NCBI GenBank assembly: GCA_045130235.1
Contig: JBGUPJ010000025.1
Span: 16,873-80,872 of the forward strand
Origin: Bacteroidales bacterium
Lineage (GTDB): Bacteria > Bacteroidota > Bacteroidia > Bacteroidales > WCHB1-69
Direction of reading: 5' to 3'
Length of the DNA: 64,000 nucleotides
How positions within the stretch are numbered: position 1 is the stretch's first letter; the number at the start of each line of letters is the position of its first letter. The notes below the pieces were generated by a model. The model did no database searches. It saw nothing but the letters and a program-made list of their open reading frames with translations, and had not been told where the DNA came from. Of the stretch, positions 58,056 through 64,000 are shown piece by piece. Made by a program: the position numbers and the translations under genes.

Positions 58056-58271
58056 ATGGACAGAAACACATTGGAATTTGTAACCTACTGTATTGGAATG
58101 TTGTCGCTTCATCATCATTTGCCACAACAGGAGGTGTATAGCAGGTTAAAGAAGTCGGGCATATTATACGGATATATTGTGCCTTCGTATGATGTGCTGC
58201 ACACCTTTAGCTCGCACTATCTGATGGAAGACCTCACGGATTACATGAAAGAGAAAGGAGTTTTAGACTGA
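58056..58271 (+). CDS. DUF3791-family small protein
   Basis: MDRNTLEFVTYCIGMLSLHHHLPQQEVYSRLKKSGILYGYIVPSYDVLHTFSSHYLMEDL; family assignment from memory. Its stop overlaps the next ATG (TGATG). Confidence 0.6.
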   Translation: MDRNTLEFVTYCIGMLSLHHHLPQQEVYSRLKKSGILYGYIVPSYDVLHTFSSHYLMEDLTDYMKEKGVLD

Positions 58272-58741
58272 TGAAAGTGTATCATTCGTCCACAATTACG
58301 GTGAAGCATCCCGATACTACCCACTCACGGCAATACCTTGATTTCGGGCGTGGTTTCTACCTTACAACCCTTTACGAACAAGCAGTTCGGTATGCCGAGC
58401 GTTTCAAACGGCGTGGACAAATGGCTTGGCTCAACACCTACGAATTGGCAGACCATTGCGACGGTTGGAAAGTGCTCCGTCTGGATGCTTACGATAAAAC
58501 ATGGCTCGATTTTGTGTCGGTTTGTCGCTCGGGAGAAGACAAGAGCGATTACGATATGGTGGTGGGTGGCATCGCCAACGATAGAGTGATTTTCACGCTT
58601 GATCGTTATTTTGCAGGAGAGATATCTCAGGAAGAGGCACTTGGGTTGCTGAAATATGAGAAACCCAATGTACAGTATTGCATCCGCTCGGAAAGGATGC
58701 TTCAAGAATGTTTGACATTTATTGAAAGCAAGGAATTATGA
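58271..58741 (+). CDS. DUF3990-family protein (possible ADP-ribosyltransferase-like fold)
   Basis: MKVYHSSTITV...LDFGRGFYLTT...; the conserved GFY motif is typical of DUF3990. It overlaps the next gene by 4 nt (ATGA). Confidence 0.6.
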   Translation: MKVYHSSTITVKHPDTTHSRQYLDFGRGFYLTTLYEQAVRYAERFKRRGQMAWLNTYELADHCDGWKVLRLDAYDKTWLDFVSVCRSGEDKSDYDMVVGGIANDRVIFTLDRYFAGEISQEEALGLLKYEKPNVQYCIRSERMLQECLTFIESKEL

Positions 58742-58971
58742 CGGAGGTTACCAAGCAGATTATTCATAGTGAGCAGTGCGCAAGAATCATCCTGTGCATA
58801 AGCGAAATGGCAGGTGTGAGCATACAGGAGGCCACCGATATGTTTTACGAATCGGAAACCGCCAATCTGATTGAGGAGGGGGTGGCTGACTTGCACTGCC
58901 GTAGCGACAAGTATCTTGCAACTTTGGTGATAGAAGAATATCAAGAGAAAAAAGACAGCCTATCGTCATAA
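58738..58971 (+). CDS. second DUF3791-family small protein
   Basis: ...ARIILCISEMAGVSIQEATDMFYESETANLIEEGVADLHCRSDKYLATLVIEEY has the same layout as 58056..58271. Its stop overlaps the hsdR ATG (TAATG). Confidence 0.55.
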   Translation: MTEVTKQIIHSEQCARIILCISEMAGVSIQEATDMFYESETANLIEEGVADLHCRSDKYLATLVIEEYQEKKDSLSS

Positions 58972-61900
58972 TGCGCAACTTCGACTATCTTAACCCCCTT
59001 GGTCTCAACGACCTGCACCGCTTCTGCTCCGCTGCGGAAGAGCACCAGCTGAGCAACCCCGATTTCAGCGCGGTGAATGCCCGAAAGGCGCTGGAATACA
59101 TCGTGTGCGCCTTGTACTTTATGAAGAACATCGATGTGCCCGAAAGGAGCTCGCTGTTTGAGTTGGTCGATGGCAAGCCGTTCCGCGATTTCATCAACGA
59201 CGACCGCATCATGATGGCGGTTCACTATGTGCGCAAGGTGGGCAACAATGCCGCCCATACGGGGAAGGTGTCGAAAAAGGAGTCGTTTTTTGCTTTGCTG
59301 AACATCTACAACGTGGTTGGCGCTGTGCTGCTGAAATTGAAAGTGGTGCAGGAGGTCAAGCCTTTTGACAGCAACCTCATCCCGAAAACCGTAGAGCAGC
59401 CAGCCTTCCCGCCCGCCACAGTGGAGGTGAACGCCTCCGACCCCATCGTGGCTGCTACTGACAAGTCGTCACTGTCGGCTTCGAGTCCAGTGGTCCATAT
59501 TCCAACCGACATTTCGGAGGCCGAGACCCGAAAGGTGTTCATCGACCTGATGCTGAAGGAGGCCGGTTGGGAAATCCTGTTGCAGGAGAATGTGCCGTAC
59601 GCCACAAAGGCCGGCATTGAGATTGAAGTGCTCGGGATGCCCAACAATGAGAGCAAAGGCTATTGCGACTATGTGCTGTATGGCCGCGACGGCCGACCGC
59701 TGGCGGTGATTGAAGCCAAACGCACCAGCGTGAGCGAGGAGAAGGGAAAACACCAAGCGGAGTTGTATGCCGACTGTTTGGAACGCCAGTACGGCTTGCG
59801 CCCTGTAATCTACTATACCAACGGATATCACACGAAAATCATTGATGGATTGGGCTACCCGCCCCGTCCCGTGCTGGGCTTTCACACACTGGAGGACTTG
59901 GAGCTGCTCATCTCACGAAGGGGACGGCAGAAGATGACAAACCTCGCCATCAAAGACAAGATCACCAACCGTGAGTACCAGAAGCGAGCCATCCGTGCTG
60001 TGTGCGACCATCTCAACAGCATGCACCGCCATGCCCTGATTGTGATGGCTACGGGCACGGGCAAGACCCGTGTGGCCATTTCGCTGTGCGACGTGCTGCT
60101 GCGAAACCAATGGGTGAAGAATATCCTGTTTCTCGCCGACCGCACCTCCTTGGTGAAACAGGCCTACGAGAATTTCTCCACGTTGCTGCCGGATTATTCC
60201 GTCTGCAAACTGACCGATGCGGTAGAGGAGGACATGAACGCCCGTCTGATGTTCAGCACCTACCAGACCATGATCAACTACATTGATGCCGAACAGAAGC
60301 GGTTCTCTATCGGCCGGTTTGACCTGATTATTCTGGATGAGGCGCACCGCTCCATCTTCGGAAAATACACTTCCATCTTCGACTATTTCGACAGTTTCTT
60401 GGTGGGCCTTACCGCCACGCCCCGCGACGAGGTGGACCGCAGCACCTACGATATGTTCCACTTGGAGAGTGGCGAACCCAATTTCACCTATTCGCAGGAA
60501 GAGGCGGAACGGGACGGCTACCTTGTGGGCTATAATCCCGTATCGCGCACCACAAGGATGCTGCGAGAAGGCATTCTCTACGACAAGCTCTCAGACGAAG
60601 AGAAGGAGCAGCTGGACAATGTATGGGAGTACGAGCGCACGAAAGCGGAAATGGAAACAGGGTCGGCACAGGAGAAAACCCCACGCGATATCGAATCGCA
60701 GGAATTGTTCGACTATATCTACAATAAGTCAACAGTTGATCTTGTGCTTCAAGACCTGATGAACAACGGGTTGAAGGTCAACAATGGTGAAAAGATAGGC
60801 AAAAGCATCATCTTTGCATATAAACATAGCCATGCCCAACTGATTGTGGAGCGGTTTTATGCATTGTATCCGGATTTTGGAAGCGATTTTTGCCAGCTGA
60901 TTGACTATAGCGTCAACTATGCGCAGGACATTATCGACAGATTCAAAGAGAGGGAGAAGATGCCGCAGATTGCGGTGTCGGTGGGCATGCTCGACACGGG
61001 TATTGACGTGCCCGACATTTTGAATCTGGTGTTTTTCAAGCCGGTGTACAGCCGTATCCGGTTCGTCCAGATGGTGGGGCGTGGCACCCGTCTCTGTCCC
61101 GCGATTTTTGCCGACGGTTCCGACAAGAAGGAGTTTTACATCTTTGACTGGTGCAACAATTTTGAGTATTTCAACGATAATCGTAGCGGTAGGGAACCGT
61201 TGCCACCCATGTCGCTCTCGGAGCGTCTATTCGGTTTGATGCTTGACATAGCGGTGATTTTGCAGCACCAGAAATACCAGCAGGACGATTTCGCCCGTTC
61301 ATTGTGCAAAGAATTGAAAGAGATTCTTTTCGCGCAGGTGTGCCATTTGAATGAGAAGCATATCTCCGTCCGTAATAATTGGGCGGTGGTTTGCAAATTC
61401 AAAAATGCCGACAGATGGGTGTATATTTCGGAGTTGGATGCGTTGGAGATGAAGCAGCAGATTGCCCCCATCATTTTGAATGAGAGTGATGACAACGGCA
61501 GCCGTATGTTTGACGCGCTGATGTTGAACATCGAACTGTCGAAACTGACATCGGAGGTCAATGCTGCTCGCAGTACGCGAAAGGTCACACAAATAGCCCA
61601 ACGCTTGCAGCACAAAGCGACCATTCCCGCTGTGCAGGAGAGAATGTCAACCATTATTGAGGTCAGCAATCCCTCGTTCTGGCAATCGGCATCCATTGAA
61701 AGATTGGAAACCATTCGTCAGGAATTACGAGATATCATCTATGTGACATTAGGCTCGCAACACGAGCGCTTTTACATCAATATCGCCGATACGATGGAGG
61801 AGAAAGAGGGGGTGGAAAGACCGCAAATCGATATGGATTACCACACGCGGATTTTGGATTATCTGAGAGAGCATAGGAACCATCCTGCCATCAATAAAAT

Positions 61901-62297
61901 ATACCATTTGGAACAACTTTCCGCTGCCGACATTGCGGAACTGGAACATATCTGTTGGAAGGAACTGGGCACGAAAGAGGAGTACGAACACTATGTCAGC
62001 AAAGGTCAGATGATTTGCGGGGATAAAGTGGCTGCCTTCATCCGCTCCATCATTGGTATTGACAGGCAAATTGCCAAAGAGCGGTATTCAAAATTCTTGA
62101 GCGACAACATCTTGAACAGTCTTCAAGAAGAGTACATCAACCAAATCATCGGCTATGTTTGTGAAAATGGCGACATCACTCCTGAGACGCTCATCACGGA
62201 TGAAAACTTCACGGACCTTGATTGGAACGGTGTATTTGGCCAAAATCTCGCCACTCTACGCAAATACATTGATGAGCTGCATCGGTTGATTGCGTAA
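58971..62297 (+). CDS. hsdR: type I restriction endonuclease subunit R with N-terminal DUF4145-like domain
   Basis: DUF4145-like NARKALEYIV...VHYVRKVGNNAAHTG (aa ~35-97). PD-(D/E)xK nuclease CDYVLYGRDGRPLAVIEAKR. SF2 helicase motifs LIVMATGTGKT, LIILDEAHRS, GLTATP and VQMVGRGTR. EcoEI_R_C-like tail. Confidence 0.92.
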   Translation: MRNFDYLNPLGLNDLHRFCSAAEEHQLSNPDFSAVNARKALEYIVCALYFMKNIDVPERSSLFELVDGKPFRDFINDDRIMMAVHYVRKVGNNAAHTGKVSKKESFFALLNIYNVVGAVLLKLKVVQEVKPFDSNLIPKTVEQPAFPPATVEVNASDPIVAATDKSSLSASSPVVHIPTDISEAETRKVFIDLMLKEAGWEILLQENVPYATKAGIEIEVLGMPNNESKGYCDYVLYGRDGRPLAVIEAKRTSVSEEKGKHQAELYADCLERQYGLRPVIYYTNGYHTKIIDGLGYPPRPVLGFHTLEDLELLISRRGRQKMTNLAIKDKITNREYQKRAIRAVCDHLNSMHRHALIVMATGTGKTRVAISLCDVLLRNQWVKNILFLADRTSLVKQAYENFSTLLPDYSVCKLTDAVEEDMNARLMFSTYQTMINYIDAEQKRFSIGRFDLIILDEAHRSIFGKYTSIFDYFDSFLVGLTATPRDEVDRSTYDMFHLESGEPNFTYSQEEAERDGYLVGYNPVSRTTRMLREGILYDKLSDEEKEQLDNVWEYERTKAEMETGSAQEKTPRDIESQELFDYIYNKSTVDLVLQDLMNNGLKVNNGEKIGKSIIFAYKHSHAQLIVERFYALYPDFGSDFCQLIDYSVNYAQDIIDRFKEREKMPQIAVSVGMLDTGIDVPDILNLVFFKPVYSRIRFVQMVGRGTRLCPAIFADGSDKKEFYIFDWCNNFEYFNDNRSGREPLPPMSLSERLFGLMLDIAVILQHQKYQQDDFARSLCKELKEILFAQVCHLNEKHISVRNNWAVVCKFKNADRWVYISELDALEMKQQIAPIILNESDDNGSRMFDALMLNIELSKLTSEVNAARSTRKVTQIAQRLQHKATIPAVQERMSTIIEVSNPSFWQSASIERLETIRQELRDIIYVTLGSQHERFYINIADTMEEKEGVERPQIDMDYHTRILDYLREHRNHPAINKIYHLEQLSAADIAELEHICWKELGTKEEYEHYVSKGQMICGDKVAAFIRSIIGIDRQIAKERYSKFLSDNILNSLQEEYINQIIGYVCENGDITPETLITDENFTDLDWNGVFGQNLATLRKYIDELHRLIA

Positions 62298-62337
62298 AAG
62301 GGAAAAGAAAAAATATCATCAATTCAAAAAAATGTAG

Positions 62338-62345
62338 TACTTTTG
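62338..62345 (+). promoter_or_regulatory. possible -7 promoter element TACTTTTG
   Basis: It lies 41 nt after the hsdR stop and 166 nt upstream of ATG 62511. Confidence 0.35.
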
Positions 62346-62424
62346 CCGCCAGATGAGAAAGAGGAACGGATTTAAGTCAACTTGCCAACCTCTCTAAAAA
62401 ACGCGCTAAATAACAACCAGCCAT

Positions 62425-62458
62425 ACGCGGTGTTCTTTAGCGATAAAGGACACCGCGT
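62425..62458 (+). other. 15-bp stem hairpin with GCGA (GNRA) tetraloop, enclosed by a 9-10 bp long-range pairing (62351-62360 with 62458-62467)
   Basis: ACGCGGTGTTCTTTA-GCGA-TAAAGGACACCGCGT (one G-U pair). AGATGAGAAA upstream pairs with TTTCTCATCT immediately downstream. Confidence 0.6.
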
Positions 62459-62510
62459 TTCTCATCTTCGGCACTGAACCTTCTGGTGTATAGGCAACCA
62501 CCTCCGAGCG

Positions 62511-63236
62511 ATGAGAGAACGAGATTTTATGAAACACAAAAGAATTGTCCTGAATGAACCCCACGCTTCCGTAGAGGGACTGTACGACGAGCGTCTGAGC
62601 GGTTGGACTGTCGATGCACGCTTCATCAACGAAGTGGTGTGCCGTCTGACGGACTGGCACACGGACTATCTTTTCCATGGTTTCCGGCACCCGGGTATAA
62701 AGGCGGTGCGTTTCCCGTACTCCCGCTTCATTGTCGATGCGGAGCGGCTATGGAATGACCCGCTGGAGGCGGAAGGGCAGGGGATTATCTACCGCCATTT
62801 CAACGGCTACCGGCGCAATGTGCCCAAACAGCACGAAGCACGCTTGCTGCAACTGTGGGAAGGCCATCAGCAAAGACTGAAAGCCAACTTGTGTCAGGAC
62901 GCCCTGCTGATTGACTGCCACTCGTTTCCTGAGGACATGGGCGACGTGGACATCTGTATCGGATTCAACGAGGACTGGTCGAAACCGAGCCGCGTGTTGC
63001 TGGATTACACGATGGATCTGTTTGACAGCCACGGCTATTCGGTCGGTGTCAACAATCCGTACAGCAATTCGGAAGCCCCTAAGTGTCCGTTCCGCTACCA
63101 CTCCATGATGCTGGAGGTGAACAAGCGGGTCTATCTGGAAAAACGGTCGATGTATCTAAAAACGAACTACGGTAAAAGAAAAGATGTCCGGGATCTGTTT
63201 TCCCAATTGATGCAGGCACTGGTCGCCAGTGAATAG
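62511..63236 (+). CDS. N-formylglutamate amidohydrolase (FGase, PF05013-like) family protein
   Basis: NEPHAS, YSRFIVDAER, LLIDCHSF, DICIGFN, VNNPYS and MMLEVNKRVY follow the FGase motif order. The alternative start is ATG 62529. Confidence 0.6.
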   Translation: MRERDFMKHKRIVLNEPHASVEGLYDERLSGWTVDARFINEVVCRLTDWHTDYLFHGFRHPGIKAVRFPYSRFIVDAERLWNDPLEAEGQGIIYRHFNGYRRNVPKQHEARLLQLWEGHQQRLKANLCQDALLIDCHSFPEDMGDVDICIGFNEDWSKPSRVLLDYTMDLFDSHGYSVGVNNPYSNSEAPKCPFRYHSMMLEVNKRVYLEKRSMYLKTNYGKRKDVRDLFSQLMQALVASE

Positions 63237-63291
63237 GGGATGATTTCCCAATCATTTAAATAGAATTGTAAATAATTAAAAATCAATAACG

Positions 63292-64000
63292 ATGAATAAA
63301 AAAGAAACATTTTCAAAATTGTATGCCAATAGGCAGAACGTATTGGAACACCCTGAACAATATACAGAAGTGGTCACTGAATTTCTTTCAGGAGGATTGG
63401 GGGCTTGTGTTTACGACCAAGGAATAAAAGCTGCGGAGCTTGTCGGCTGCTGGCAGTTCAAGGAATATAGGATTGCCTGTCCCACATGTGGCGAAATGGC
63501 CTATATCACCCTATGGGCAGGCAGTATAAACAGCGGCGGCTATTGGGAAATCCAGGCATACTGCCCTCACTGCGATGCGCTGCACCAGTACCACAGGTAC
63601 ACAAAGCCCATTGCCTGGCACGACACAAATTGGACGACAATGAGGGACATTGTCAAGGAGGTGAAAGCTGCGTTGGAGTCTCGTGCAGAATGGAAAATGG
63701 TGCTCCTTGAGCATGACAATGCACTGCTCAAAAAGAGGATAAGCAGTTTGGAAAGATGTTTGGAATCCGAAAGAAAGGATCGCGAGCTCCAGACCAAGGC
63801 AATGCACATAGCTTTGCTCAATGCCTATTTCAATGGGAACCGCGATGTCTTGAAAGAATGGTATATCGAATATTGCCAATCGAAGAAAGAAAAGGAAAGG
63901 CAAATCAGCGAAATGGAACAGCAGAAGAAGGATCTTCGCCAACAGCTGCGAGCAGGAATAATAGATCATTTGTTCTATCAAAAACAGCTGACCCCGCTGA
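63292..64000 (+). CDS. hypothetical zinc-ribbon plus coiled-coil protein, truncated by window edge
   Basis: Not in the ORF track (no stop before the window end). ATG 63292 is open to 64000: MNKKETFSKLYANRQNVLEHPEQYTE...CPTCGEMAYITLWAGSINSGGYWEIQAYCPHCDALHQY..., then heptad-like LLEHDNALLKKRISSLERCLESERKDRELQ. Confidence 0.55.
   Translation, partial: MNKKETFSKLYANRQNVLEHPEQYTEVVTEFLSGGLGACVYDQGIKAAELVGCWQFKEYRIACPTCGEMAYITLWAGSINSGGYWEIQAYCPHCDALHQYHRYTKPIAWHDTNWTTMRDIVKEVKAALESRAEWKMVLLEHDNALLKKRISSLERCLESERKDRELQTKAMHIALLNAYFNGNRDVLKEWYIEYCQSKKEKERQISEMEQQKKDLRQQLRAGIIDHLFYQKQLTPL

Noticed and set aside
62406-62690. 94-aa minus-strand ORF
   Set aside because: It overlaps the hairpin element and the 5' end of the FGase-like gene. 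It has no promoter element or family resemblance.
63511-63981. 156-aa minus-strand ORF
   Set aside because: It is antisense to the open + frame that starts at ATG 63292 and contains a CxxC...CxxC ribbon. The + frame is preferred but is itself only moderately supported.
50186-64000. Integrase, transposase or a duplicated tRNA-Ser 3' end marking island boundaries
   Set aside because: No recombinase-like ORF and no second copy of the tRNA 3' segment (CGCCCTCTCCG) were found in the window. The island status rests only on tRNA adjacency, composition and gene content.

Overview
This is a Bacteroidota (Bacteroidales-like) chromosomal segment. The evidence is a 287-aa primary sigma factor, TAnnTTTG -7 promoter elements upstream of almost every transcription unit, TonB-dependent receptor/DUF4249 and Omp85-type genes, and T9SS-type domains. 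About 50 kb (1-50,100) is densely packed housekeeping DNA: rplU-rpmA, rpoD, rsmI, kdsB, rlmB, ddl, rpe, dtd, lpxD, efp, serA/serC, ddh, hydE, mnmA, ackA, a two-component pair, M16 and HtrA-type proteases, and outer-membrane proteins. Five tRNAs are present: Met-CAT, Arg-TCT, Pro-TGG, His-GTG and Ser-GCT. The accessory part starts at tRNA-Ser(GCT) (50,186-50,272). It is a type I restriction-modification locus (hsdM 50,657; hsdS 53,067; hsdR 58,971) interrupted by five extra genes. These are an Mrr-like PD-(D/E)xK nuclease fusion between hsdM and hsdS, a 1217-aa YobI/KAP-like P-loop NTPase with two TM helices between Walker A and B (between hsdS and hsdR), and a translationally coupled DUF3791-DUF3990-DUF3791 triad running into hsdR. 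The nuclease fusion, the hsdS target-recognition halves and the NTPase are visibly AT-rich, about 28-38% GC on hand-counted lines versus about 53-60% in hsdM, hsdR and the hsdS central conserved block. This RM-embedded gene set is my best candidate for an undescribed defence module. Secondary observations are: a family of short-period (7-8 nt) intergenic repeats, one pair bracketing a four-helix-bundle gene inserted between serA and serC; a G-depleted leader upstream of rpoD; slippage-prone (EP)n coding repeats; an internal T9SS-CTD-like domain; and structured RNA-like elements at 50.3 kb and 62.4 kb. No CRISPR array, IS element, integrase or rRNA was seen. Many long ORFs in the track are antisense shadows of real genes in GC-rich DNA. 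Several track starts are TTG/GTG codons lying on or upstream of the promoter, and I moved those to downstream ATGs.
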